Source: Methanomicrobiales archaeon (GTDB lineage Archaea > Halobacteriota > Methanomicrobia > Methanomicrobiales > JACTUA01). From it: a stretch of DNA of 64,000 nt. This document shows, piece by piece, positions 47,830 to 57,818 of the stretch. The notes beneath the pieces were generated by a model. The model was not told the DNA's origin, searched no databases, and was given only the letters and a program-made list of their open reading frames with translations. The stretch is taken from the NCBI GenBank assembly GCA_029907705.1, contig JARYLJ010000002.1, positions 8,373 to 72,372 of the forward strand, read 5' to 3'. The stretch's first letter is position 1. The number at the start of each line of letters is the position of its first letter. Both the position numbers and the translations under genes were made by a program.

Positions 47830-48672
47830 CTATCCGAACAGGGCAGCGGCGACGAAGATGGCGACCGCGGCGAACATGCCCTCCTTGAGCCTTCGGCTCG
47901 CGCCGATCGATCTGATGCAGTCCGGTGAAAGGCAGTAGAGCGCCTTCGCGGCGCCGATCAGCATCCAGGCATCCGCACAGGCGATGGCCAGTACATAGAA
48001 GATCCCCCACCCCGGCATGATGGGGAGCAGGCTGAACAGAACGGCGCCGGATATACATGCGAACGCAACGATGGAGGTGCGCCTCACTCCGTACCGCACC
48101 GGAAAGGTCGAAGCACCCCCCATCATATCTCCCTCCAGGTCTTCCGCCGACTTAAGGAGCTCCCTTGCCATCATTGCGAAGAGCGTCACAAGTGCCATTG
48201 CACCATTCGCGAGAAGCCCCCCCATCCCCGTGAATGCCCCGCCAAAGAGAAAAATGCTCGCGGCCAGGTAAGAGACCGCGAGGTTTCCGGCAATGGGTAC
48301 CCTCTTCAGCCTGCAGGCATAGAGCACGAGAAGGAGCGAGTTGAAGAGTGCGATGAGGAGGCAAAGGCGGTTGGTGAATGAAGAGAGGGCGACACCCAGG
48401 ATAAAGAGCAGTGCAGAGAAGAGGTATGCCTGGCGGAGCGTGACCTTTCCCGATGGGATCGGTCTATCGGGCCTGTTGACCGCATCGATGGCCAGGTCGA
48501 AGCAGTCATTTACCGCGTTACCTGCCGCCGTGATCAGCCCCACGATCGCCACCGGCATGAATACACCGAATGAAAGCGAGCCGCCGGCGACCAGGACGCC
48601 CAGTATGGTTGCGAGACCGGCCGCGACCGCATTCACCGGGCGTGTCAGTAAGACCAGACCCGAGAATTTCAT
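47830..48672 (-). CDS. digeranylgeranylglyceryl phosphate synthase (UbiA family)
   Basis: 280 aa. NAVNDCFDLAIDAVNRPDRPIPSG first Asp-rich motif and about 8 TM segments. Confidence 0.85.
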   Translation of the reverse strand: MKFSGLVLLTRPVNAVAAGLATILGVLVAGGSLSFGVFMPVAIVGLITAAGNAVNDCFDLAIDAVNRPDRPIPSGKVTLRQAYLFSALLFILGVALSSFTNRLCLLIALFNSLLLVLYACRLKRVPIAGNLAVSYLAASIFLFGGAFTGMGGLLANGAMALVTLFAMMARELLKSAEDLEGDMMGGASTFPVRYGVRRTSIVAFACISGAVLFSLLPIMPGWGIFYVLAIACADAWMLIGAAKALYCLSPDCIRSIGASRRLKEGMFAAVAIFVAAALFG

Positions 48673-48979
48673 AGAGCTACCCGATCGATCGCGCTACGGA
48701 GTAATGAAATCACCGGATCTTTCCACGAATACACGTATTCAGGTGGTGGTCAATCAAATCACCATACACTTCGATCTCCACCACCGGTACATCTGCATGA
48801 AGATCCGAATGGCAATTCTTCGATGGTCATCCCCGGCCTGGCTCGAAACAGGCAAGGTCGCCGGTACACTTCATCACTGATTTCATGCGATGCACAACAG
48901 TTCTCACGATATGCACTATGTCCATGGGCGCCCCTTCAGGAATCCGGCATCATCCATCGGACAGGATGCAAAAATGGAA

Positions 48980-49054
48980 CGGGCTTGGAGGGATTTGAAC
49001 CCCCGACATTTGGCTTAGGACGCCAACGCCCTATCCTGACTAGGCCACAAGCCC
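48980..49054 (-). tRNA. tRNA-Arg (CCU)
   Basis: Reverse complement GGGCTTG-TG-GCCTAGTCAGGATAGGGC-G-TTGGC-GTCCTAA-GCCAA-ATGTC-GGGGGTTCAAATCCCTC-CAAGCCC-G. Anticodon CCT. Position 32 is G, which is unusual. Confidence 0.8.
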
Positions 49055-49120
49055 AGAAAGACGTAATTATTTCTCCATCGCAGGGTATAAGTTTAACGAG
49101 GGGCAAGTTACGGGGGTTTT

Positions 49121-50233
49121 ATGGAGCTCAGAAGGGTCAGGGAGGGGAGCACTTCGTTCCTCGTGCCTGTGGCAGGAGGGGGATCGGATGCCGCTCCTCA
49201 GAAGGCGCCCATCTTCTACAACCCCTCCACCGAACTGAACAGGGACGCCACCATCCTACTCCTCTCCGTCATTCAGCCCTCCGATTATGTGGATGCGATG
49301 GGGGCGAGCGGTGTCAGGGGTCTGCGGGCGGCGAAGGAGTCAGGATTGAAGGTCCTGATCAACGACCACAATCCTCTGGCTGCAAAACTGATCGATGAGA
49401 ACGCCCGTTCGCTCGGTATCGCATGCGAGATCACGCGCCTGGACGTGAACGCCCTGCTCAGCTCCAGGCACTTCGATGCGGTGGACCTCGATCCCTTCGG
49501 GTCTCCCGCGCCATTCGCCGACAGTGCGATCAGGGCGGCGAGGCGTTTCCTCTTCGTCACCGCGACTGACACGGCACCCCTCTGCGGCGCCCATCTGAAG
49601 GCGGGGATGAGGCGATACTTCTCTTCATCCATGAACACAGAGTACCATGCAGAAGTAGGGATCAGGAACCTCCTGGGATTCGTCGCCCGCGAGGCCCTGA
49701 AGTACGACCGGGGCATCGAACCGCTCTTCTGCTTCGCGAAGCGCCATTATGTCCGCCTCCATCTGAGGCTGCAGCCAGGTGTCAGGGCGGCCGAGAGAAC
49801 GATGGAGCGCTTCGGATACATTCTCCAGTGCCCCGGATGCCCTTCGAGGGAGGAGGCGAGCGGCATCCTGCCGCCATGCAGGAGGTGCCCTCACTGCGGC
49901 GGCGAGATGAGACCGATCGGGCCTCTCTGGCTGGGCGGAATGCAGGATCGTTCGATCCTAGAGGCGATGGGATCCAGGCTCGGAGGCATGCGGCTCGGTA
50001 CCGCGAGGGAGCTTTCGCGACTACTCGCACTCTGCCGGGGGGAGCTCGATCTCTCCTATCATTTCGATTATCACAACCTCGCCAGGTATGCAAACCGCAC
50101 CCCCCCTCCGGCGGAGGTACTCCTCGATCGCCTCATGACGATGGGGTTCAAGGTGTGCAGGACTCATTATTCAGGCACCGCCATAAAAACAGATGCGCCA
50201 TTCGAAGAGATCATCAGGGCGCTCAGTGCCTGA
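49121..50233 (+). CDS. trm1: tRNA (guanine26-N2)-dimethyltransferase
   Basis: 370 aa. FYNP...NRD, DAMGASGVRGLR and C-terminal Cys cluster (CPGC...CPHCG). Confidence 0.9.
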   Translation: MELRRVREGSTSFLVPVAGGGSDAAPQKAPIFYNPSTELNRDATILLLSVIQPSDYVDAMGASGVRGLRAAKESGLKVLINDHNPLAAKLIDENARSLGIACEITRLDVNALLSSRHFDAVDLDPFGSPAPFADSAIRAARRFLFVTATDTAPLCGAHLKAGMRRYFSSSMNTEYHAEVGIRNLLGFVAREALKYDRGIEPLFCFAKRHYVRLHLRLQPGVRAAERTMERFGYILQCPGCPSREEASGILPPCRRCPHCGGEMRPIGPLWLGGMQDRSILEAMGSRLGGMRLGTARELSRLLALCRGELDLSYHFDYHNLARYANRTPPPAEVLLDRLMTMGFKVCRTHYSGTAIKTDAPFEEIIRALSA

Positions 50234-51338
50234 CGATGATCGTCAGGATATCCCTGTCGTGAAGCACATGGTTCAGCCCCACCCTCTGCCCCGGGTGCTT
50301 CACCGAGCTCCCCCACACACGGGCATATCTGAACCGCTCGACGAAGTCCCGGTGCAGCTTCAGACAAACATCCTCGACCCTTGCATCCCTGAAGACGATG
50401 AGGGGCTCCTCGAGGTCCGCCTCCTCTCCCTGCGGTTTCATAAAGATCCGCATGAAGTTCAGATGATCGAAGATCGCATCCTTCAGCTCCTCGATCCTGT
50501 ATCTCGTGTGAGCGGAGATGAGCAGTGGTGGTTCGCCGAATTCGCTCTCCAGCCTGCGGCTGATATCCCTCATCGTGCCACTGTCCACCAGATCCACCTT
50601 GTTCACCGCCACGATCGCCGGGACGTATATCCTGCTGCCGAGCATCGCATCGATGATCTCGTCCTGTGTCGCTCCGCCCCTGATGAGCACGTCTGCATTC
50701 ACGATCCGCTGCTCGGCGAGGATCGCCCTGATCTCATCCTCTTCGAGATCGAGCTCCCCCACCGTATTCACGCGGATGCCCCCTGAAGACGTCTTTTTTA
50801 TGGTGATGTCTGGCTTCTTTCTGTTGATCCTGATGCCGGCGTCGTACAGTTCCCGAAGAAGCACATCCAGATGCCGGTCGTTGAAGACGTCGAGGAGGAT
50901 CAGGATCAGGTCCGCACCCCTGACGACGCTGATCACCTCCTTCCCCCTCCCCTTCCCCATCGCCGCCCCTGCGATCAGCCCCGGTATATCGAGGATCTGG
51001 ATGCGTGCCCCTCGGTGCTCCAGTGCCCCGGGCACGACCGTGGTGGTCGTGAACGCGTAGGATGCGACCTCGCTCTTCGTCCCTGTCAGGGTGTTCAGGA
51101 GGGTGCTCTTACCCACGGACGGGAATCCCACCAGAACGACCGTCGCATCCCCTGACTTCTTCACGGAGAAGCCCTCGGCGCCGCCGCCCGCACGCATCGC
51201 GCGAGTGACCGCCTCGTCCTTCAGCCGGGCGAGCTTCGCCTTCAGCCTGCCGATGTGCTTGGAGGTGGCCTTGTTGTACGGGGTCCGCTTCAGTTCCTCC
51301 TCCAGCGACCTTATCTCCTCCTCAAGACCACCCGCCAT
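50223..51338 (-). CDS. DRG-type OBG-family GTPase with TGS domain
   Basis: 371 aa. GFPSVGKSTLL, DIPGLI, NKVD motifs and a C-terminal TGS. Convergent 11-nt overlap with trm1. Confidence 0.85.
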   Translation of the reverse strand: MAGGLEEEIRSLEEELKRTPYNKATSKHIGRLKAKLARLKDEAVTRAMRAGGGAEGFSVKKSGDATVVLVGFPSVGKSTLLNTLTGTKSEVASYAFTTTTVVPGALEHRGARIQILDIPGLIAGAAMGKGRGKEVISVVRGADLILILLDVFNDRHLDVLLRELYDAGIRINRKKPDITIKKTSSGGIRVNTVGELDLEEDEIRAILAEQRIVNADVLIRGGATQDEIIDAMLGSRIYVPAIVAVNKVDLVDSGTMRDISRRLESEFGEPPLLISAHTRYRIEELKDAIFDHLNFMRIFMKPQGEEADLEEPLIVFRDARVEDVCLKLHRDFVERFRYARVWGSSVKHPGQRVGLNHVLHDRDILTIIVRH

Positions 51339-52306
51339 ACGCTCCTCCGATGCCGGTAGAACGGCACCCTGCCTCTAATATTAATGGAATCCTGCACTTA
51401 TAACGCTTGAGGAGACGATAGCGGTTATTCTGGCCGAGATTTTTCCTTCCCCGGATGGAAAAATCTGAAGGTCCGGGGAGGATGCGCGCCGCTGTATCCT
51501 TCGATTGAAACCCTATCCGGTGGACCGAAGCAGAATCTCGAACGATCACACGTATTTTCGCCTGCATTGATCACCCGATCCCCATTAAAAAAAAATCGTC
51601 GAACGTCGGTTCGAGCAGCGGGTTCACCCTTTCAGGAGAAAGACCGATGAACGCCGCTGATCGTCTGTTGGGTTCCATCTGGCCAGGGCATGCCGCATCG
51701 TTTGCCCAGCGCGATCCCGTCGATCCGACAGGATCACCGAAGCACGTTCCATCTGCAGGGCGCTCCTCGCCCTGACCCGGCATGAATTCATCGTGCGCCA
51801 TGTCGGTCCGAAAATGATCTCATCACCGGTTTCACAACAGGACGGAAGGATCGATGGATATGCTCTGGATCCGCAGTAGGAAAAATATGGGGGGCCACAG
51901 TCATAAGACCCCTGTTGCTCCATCTCCTCTGACGATGGAATTTTCTCAATAGATCCTCCATGAAGGTGTCAAAAAAAGAATGGATATCTCCGAATCTCCC
52001 GTCGGCTCAGGCCTTTCCAAATCCGCCATGCAGGCGCCACCCCATGCATGGTATAACGCATCTGCAGTGGCCATGGGGGGAAGGAGACGAAGATGAAAGA
52101 TCATTTTCGTCAGCCACTTTTCGTCAGCAACGCCTGCCACGGAGATTTTTTAAAAAATCCTGAAATATGAAAATCCATGGAGACACCCTCTGATCGTGAT
52201 ATTTCCATGGATAAGCGTTTTCCTGCTCCAAAAGAAAATTTCTGGCCTTTCTTATCGTGCCTATACGATACGTTTAAGTAAAAATCTGCCCAAAGTGATC
52301 AGAGCT

Positions 52307-52381
52307 GCTGCCATAGTGTAGACCGGTCAATCATGCAGGACTCTCACTCCTGCGACTCGGGTTCAAATCCCGATGGCAGCA
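52307..52381 (+). tRNA. tRNA-Glu (CUC)
   Basis: GCTGCCA-TA-GTGTAGACCGGTCAATCAT-G-CAGGA-CTCTCAC-TCCTG-CGAC-TCGGGTTCAAATCCCGA-TGGCAGC-A. Anticodon CTC. Confidence 0.9.
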
Positions 52382-53016
52382 TTCTGTTATACGTGGTCAA
52401 AGTCCATTTTTAACTTTTTTTTATCGATGATCCAAAAAGGCGTTCGCAGATAAGATATTCACCATATTAACGCCCGGTTGAATCATCCTCAGACCAGCGA
52501 CCGGATCGCGGGTTCTTCGGTACGGTGAAGGGAGGAGATAGGGATAAAGCACCGTGCGACCGACCCTCCAAGCCCCCGAATCGGGGCAGAATAAGTACAG
52601 TGAGAGATCATGGACGATTGAGGAGTCTCACTGCGGCGTGATGTATCGATGCGGCATCGCACGATGTCAGTGGATGGAGGAAGAGGTGCAGATCTCTTCG
52701 GAAGAACAGCTGCATGACCGGCCGGTCCGACGACCGGGACAGGAAGATCGAGTCACTCGCAGGCGGTCGAGATTCAGCATCGATGGTAAATTGTTTCATG
52801 GGAGCCGGTATGTCGCCCGGTCCGTATACCACAAATCATCTTCGGACGATCTCCACATGCTCTCTCTTCGTTTTCATTGTCCCGGGTCTGAGTTATTCCA
52901 TCATCAAAAGACTTCAGGGTACCATCATTTCGGGATCAGTAGAAAAGAATGCCATTCGAACACCCATCCTGAAAAAACCCCGAAGAAATCCGCATGCAGC
53001 TGCAGACAGTCCTGAT

Positions 53017-53973
53017 TCATCGCCATCGTATCCCCCATGCAATTCGGTCTATCGCCTCACAATACCGGTTCGCCGGAAATCTGTCGAGGCGTCTTCTGCA
53101 CTCGCGTATCAATTCATCCGCCACCTCCTGCGTGCGTACGATTGCACCTGACGAGATGATCTGCTTCTTCAATGCCTCCACTACGCGGTCGTCCGTAGTA
53201 ACCCTGGCGATGGTGCGGAGAATATCACCGCCGCCCTCCGATTCGGCATAGACGATGACCGGGAGAGTGATGACGCCCCTCCTCAGGTCATTGCCGGGGG
53301 ATTTGCCCGTGCTGCCCCCGTCCCCTGTGATATCCATGAGGTCATCCATCAACTGGAAGGCGGTTCCGAGCAGCCTTCCGCATTCTTCGAGCGACTTCAG
53401 ATCCCCTGCATCGGCACCCGACGCGATCCCCGCCATCGTCATACCGGCAGCAAAGAGCGACGCAGTCTTCCGGTTCACGATCTCGAAATACTCCTCCCTC
53501 GACATCCGGCACGTTCCATCACCGCTGCATTCCCTGATCTCGCCATCGCACAACTCGCATACAGCGGATGTGATCTCGGATAAAAGATCGGGATTCCGAA
53601 GATCAGCGACCTTCTGCAATGCCCTTGAAAGCAGGAAGTCACCTGCGAGAACGGAGGCGCTGACATCCCAGCGTATGTGCAGCGATTCACGCCCCCTGCG
53701 CATCGGGACACCGTCGATGATGTCGTCGTGTATGAGCGTGCCAGCATGGATCATCTCCACGGCGGTCGCGATCTCGATAAGTGCCCTCTCCTCTCCGCCG
53801 AGCATCCCTCCGGTGAGGAGCACGAGCACCGGGCGGATGCGTCCCCCTCCACCCAGGTCATATGGCAGCATCTGCCTGAGTGGCAGGGCTGCCTCACCGC
53901 TGATCGCATGGAGCTCCTGCTCCACCTGATCGAGCTCTTTCCTGATGATCGGGTCCGGATCAGGGAATCTCAT
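53017..53973 (-). CDS. idsA: polyprenyl diphosphate synthase (GGPP-synthase-like)
   Basis: Start moved to ATG 53973. LIHDDIID (first DDxxD) and FQLMDDLMD (second) motifs. Confidence 0.85.
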   Translation of the reverse strand: MRFPDPDPIIRKELDQVEQELHAISGEAALPLRQMLPYDLGGGGRIRPVLVLLTGGMLGGEERALIEIATAVEMIHAGTLIHDDIIDGVPMRRGRESLHIRWDVSASVLAGDFLLSRALQKVADLRNPDLLSEITSAVCELCDGEIRECSGDGTCRMSREEYFEIVNRKTASLFAAGMTMAGIASGADAGDLKSLEECGRLLGTAFQLMDDLMDITGDGGSTGKSPGNDLRRGVITLPVIVYAESEGGGDILRTIARVTTDDRVVEALKKQIISSGAIVRTQEVADELIRECRRRLDRFPANRYCEAIDRIAWGIRWR

Positions 53974-55194
53974 CCCCTCCCCCGGTGGCACCCATGAAAC
54001 AGGACGGATCCTCCTGCATGAAGTCCCCTGTGATCGCGCGTGCCCTCGCCCGGCACCCTCCACAGACCACGCGGTAGGGGCAGGCACCGCACTTCCCCTT
54101 CAGGGCGGTCTCACGTGCTCTCAGTGTTTCGAGGATTGGAGAAGCCCTCCAGAGCTCAGAAAACGGCCTCTCACGGACATTTCCACAGGAGATATCGAGG
54201 AAGGGGCATGGCAGAACCTCGCCGTCGGGCTTTATGTACACGAATCCATGGCCTGCGCTGCAGCCATGGAACAATGTACCGGCGAGTCGCAGGGTCACGC
54301 CACCACGGATCCCGCGACGGTCGAGCAGGTGGGCCCTGTACTGGGGAGCTGCCACCGGTTCGATGATCGCCCTGCACGATGCCTGCGCCGCTCCAAGGAA
54401 CCTGACAAGCCTCTCATATCCCTTCGCATCGAGGGCTGATCGCTCGATCTTTCGGCCCTCCCGATGGGCACGAGCTGGTACATCAGGAGGATGGCGGCAT
54501 CGAGTTCATTGACCAGCTCCAGGATGGACTCCATCTCTTCCAGGTTCTGCTCCATTGCGGTGATATTGATATGAATAGGGATTCCTGCCCGGTGAAGTAC
54601 AGAGATCCCCTCGATCGCTCCGTCGAAGGCGCCCCTCACCCCTCTGATCGCATCGTGCGTCTTTGCATCACCGCCATCGAGGCTGACTGCCGCGATCTCC
54701 ACCCCGCAGCTCTTCAGGCGCAGGGCGATCTCGCGGTCGACGAGGGTTCCGTTGGTCGCGATGGTGCTGGAAAACCCGAGACCGCGGGCATATGCCAGAA
54801 GCTCGAAAAGGTCATCCCTCAGGAGGGGTTCCCCGCCGGTGAAGGCGCACATCCTGAACTCCCGCACCACGGCCAGTTCCCCGAGGAGCTTCATCCCCTC
54901 TTCCGTGGAGAGCTCCGTTCCTGCACGTGAAGAGCCCCTCGCGTGGCAGTGTATGCAGTCCAGGTTGCACCTTGCTGTGATCTCCCATACAGGGTGGTTC
55001 GGGAAACCGATACACCCCATGCCGAGGGCACCGGCAGCACCCCTCATGCACCTCACGCCGTGCCGCATCAGCCACCGGGGCAGGTATCTCCATTCTGTGA
55101 GGAGGCCGAGGACGAGTGCGGACGCCGCCTGCCGCAGGAGCAGCGAGGGAGGCATATAGAACGGATGCACCCTTTTTCGATCCCCTGAAGTCAT
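53960..55194 (-). pseudogene. radical SAM / SPASM-domain protein (NirJ/AhbD/PqqE-like), frameshifted
   Basis: N-terminal part in ORF 54295-55194 (ARCNLDCIHCHA cluster, FTGGEPLL). The SPASM C-terminus (CPF...CGACPYRVVCGGC) is in ORF 53960-54355, in another frame. The frames meet at GCCGAAAGATCGAG (plus-strand TTT 54450-54452). One extra A would restore ...PIGRAEKIERSALDAKGYERL... Confidence 0.75.
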
Positions 55195-56142
55195 AAGAGC
55201 AGCCCTGCCACCAGCGAAGCGGACGTGCCCAGGTTGACGAGGATGTTCGCCCCGCAGAGGCGTTCGATCTCCTCCCTGCCCCTCCATCCTCCTCTGATCA
55301 TCCGGTACACGAGTCCGATGGAGACACCGAGGGATGGTACGTACAATATGAGGGCAAACGGGATCGAGGCATACATAGCGGCGAGGATGAAGGCCGCCCA
55401 CCCGAGCACGGCAGCTGCGATGTATATCTGCACAACTCTTCGATGTCCCAGTCTGACGAGCAGATTCGCCTTCCCGGTGGCAAGGTCTGCCTCGTAATCG
55501 GGGAATTCGTTAAGGAGGATGACGTTGAAGACCGAGAAAGAGATGGGCAGCGCCATCAGGTAGAGATGAGGCGTGATAATGCCTGACTGGAGGTAGAAGA
55601 AGGTGACAACGGGAAGCCACCCGTAACAGATGGCGATCCAGAGCTCTCCTGCCCCCCCTGCTCATCCAGCGGACAGGCCGTGAGGAGTAGAGAAAACCGC
55701 CGGTGATCCCCAGGAGGCCGAGCGGAATGGTCAGCGGACCCGTGCCATGGAAGAAGAAGAGGAGGCAGCCCACGCCCAGCGCCAGTACGAGGGCGAGGAT
55801 CGATGCCTGGAGCGCAGCACTCCTCTGCACCAGGCCGCTCTGTACAACGCCGGAGCCACCCGAGTATCGGGAGGCACCCCTCTCTCTCGCGATGAGGTCC
55901 TCCTCGAAATCCCAGTACTCTCCAGCATAATACGTGCAGAGCATCACCAGCACAACACCGGCAGCGCCACAGCCGGCGATCTCCAGCCGGAGAGTGCCCA
56001 GGTATCTCCACGCGATGGCGTTGCCGAGCACGAACGGCAGAAGGCCCACCAGATGGAACGGCGGTCGTGACAGTGCGTACCATGCCGCCAGCCTGCGCAC
56101 CGCAGCGCACGAATGCGGGCACTCGAGTTCTGATTCTTCCAT
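55191..56142 (-). pseudogene. UbiA-superfamily prenyltransferase (MenA-like), frameshifted
   Basis: N-terminal part in ORF 55510-56142, C-terminal part (NEFPDYEADLATGKANLLVRLG second Asp-rich motif) in ORF 55191-55556. The frames meet at a G7 run on the coding strand (plus C7, 55652-55658). Six G would restore ...RWMSRGAGELWIAICYGWLPVV... Confidence 0.75.
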
Positions 56143-56331
56143 GGAACAGGATGCGATTGGCAGGGTACCTGCATAAATGTTCCCTTCCGGTGAACACCAA
56201 AAAGGCGATCAGAGATCGCCATCGCATCGTGTCGCGCCCACGTATACAGGAGCGAACAGGCATCCGGTGCAGGGGAGCACCGGCAGGGCTGGATGAGGGG
56301 CATACTGTGACGGCCTCGTGATCCTGCGGCG

Positions 56332-56538
56332 GTGATGACCATGCACGACCTGAACCAGGCGCTCCGTTTCGCCGATCGCTTCATCTTCCTGAAGGGTGGG
56401 AAGGTGCATATCCTTGGTGGAGTGGAGGTGGTCACTTCCGGGATGGTCGAGGAGATCTATAGTCTCCCGGTGATCATAGGGGAGATCGGGGGTATGACGT
56501 GCGTCGTTCCACGTTGTAATGCGAAAGGGGCTATATGA
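56332..56538 (+). pseudogene. C-terminal fragment of an ABC-transporter ATPase (FepC/BtuD-like)
   Basis: 68 aa. MTMHDLNQALRFADRFIFLKGGKVHILGGVEVVTSGMVEEIYSLPV corresponds to the H-loop-to-C-terminus region only. Walker A/B and the signature motif are absent upstream. Confidence 0.7.
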
Positions 56539-56565
56539 GAAGAAGTGCAATGGAGCTGATCGTTC

Positions 56566-57216
56566 ATGTGCGAGAACAATACTGATTCGCACATCCATGC
56601 GAATCCGCATACACATGACGAGTACCCCTCGTTCGATGAATGCGTCCGTTTCCACGGTCACAGCTGCCCTGGTCTCGCAATGGGGTATCGGGCCGCTACA
56701 GCCGGGATGAGGAGACTGGGTGTAAAACGTCCATATGACGAAGAACTCGTCTGTATCGCAGAGACGGATGCCTGTGGCGTCGATGCCATCCAGATGATCA
56801 CCGGCTGCACGTCCGGAAAGGGAAACCTGATCGTCCATGATTACGGGAAACATGTCTTCACACTCATCTCCAGGGAGAGCGGAAGAGCGGTCCGCATCCT
56901 GGTGAGGCAGGTGGAGATGCCAGAACGCGAGGCGATGGACGAAATGAGGAGAAGGATCCTCTCCGGAACCGCAGACGAAGGGGAGGAACATGCATTCAGG
57001 CGCCTCATGGGGATCGTGACGGAGAGGATGCTCAAATGTCCTGAAACGGAGATGCTGGAGGTCAGGGATATCGAGATCGCACCGCCGGCAAAGGCAAGGA
57101 TCTTCACTTCTGTCGCATGCGCCTGCTGCGGCGAACCTGTGGCGGATGCAAGAATAGAGGTTATCGATGGTGCGCGGGTCTGTATCCCGTGTGCGAAGAA
57201 AGTTGTCCGGAGATGA
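56566..57216 (+). CDS. FmdE-family protein with C-terminal zinc ribbon
   Basis: 216 aa. FHGHSCPGLAMGYR and ETDACGVDAIQ motifs of FmdE domains. CACCGEP...CIPC tail. Confidence 0.85.
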   Translation: MCENNTDSHIHANPHTHDEYPSFDECVRFHGHSCPGLAMGYRAATAGMRRLGVKRPYDEELVCIAETDACGVDAIQMITGCTSGKGNLIVHDYGKHVFTLISRESGRAVRILVRQVEMPEREAMDEMRRRILSGTADEGEEHAFRRLMGIVTERMLKCPETEMLEVRDIEIAPPAKARIFTSVACACCGEPVADARIEVIDGARVCIPCAKKVVRR

Positions 57217-57502
57217 GTTCGTAGGGATTTTTTTAACGCACACGTTGATTTGGGATAGATCTCCATAAGTCCACAGGGACCGATACCCAAGGCCTCCCGT
57301 GCCACCGGACTTTTTTATTCATATATCAGATCGATGAGAGATCCATGTTCCTGCACGCTGGCCGATCCCTCCACGGCATGATTCACCTCTGGGTTGATCC
57401 CTTCGGCATGTGTCCGTCGATGCGTCTGAAAGCAGAGAGAAGTGTGGAAATCATCGTGATCAAATTTTCGGAATTATAAGAATATTTAGAAAAATCAAAA
57501 AA

Positions 57503-57511
57503 TTAATATAT
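57503..57511 (+). promoter_or_regulatory. candidate TATA box for the abrB-like/arsM operon (leaderless geometry)
   Basis: TTAATATAT lies in an AT-rich stretch about 23-31 nt upstream of ATG 57534. This spacing would put the transcription start at or next to the start codon. Confidence 0.4.
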
Positions 57512-57533
57512 TTTTGCATCCACCTGTATTCAG

Positions 57534-57818
57534 ATGAGTATGGATACCATCGGGGATGGATGCTGTCCGGTCTCGGAACCGTGCGGAAGATGCGTGATCG
57601 AGGCCGTGCTCAGTGTCGACGAACGCGGGCAGGTGGTGCTCCCGAAGGAGCTCAGGATGCGTGCGGGCATCGGTGCAGGGGAGAAGCTGGCCGCCATCGG
57701 ATGGGAGAAGGAGGGGAGGATCTGCTGCATCATGCTCTATCCTGTGAAGCAACTCGAAGAACCGGTGAAGGCGATGGTCGCCCCGATGTTCAGGGACCTT
57801 CTGAAAGGGGGGGAATGA
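57534..57818 (+). CDS. AbrB/MazE/SpoVT-family DNA-binding protein with Cys-rich N-terminus
   Basis: 94 aa. SVDERGQVVLPKELRMRAGIGAGEKL is a SpoVT-AbrB swapped-hairpin domain. N-terminal GDGCCPVSEPCGRC and an internal ICC. The stop overlaps the arsM ATG (ATGA). Confidence 0.75.
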   Translation: MSMDTIGDGCCPVSEPCGRCVIEAVLSVDERGQVVLPKELRMRAGIGAGEKLAAIGWEKEGRICCIMLYPVKQLEEPVKAMVAPMFRDLLKGGE

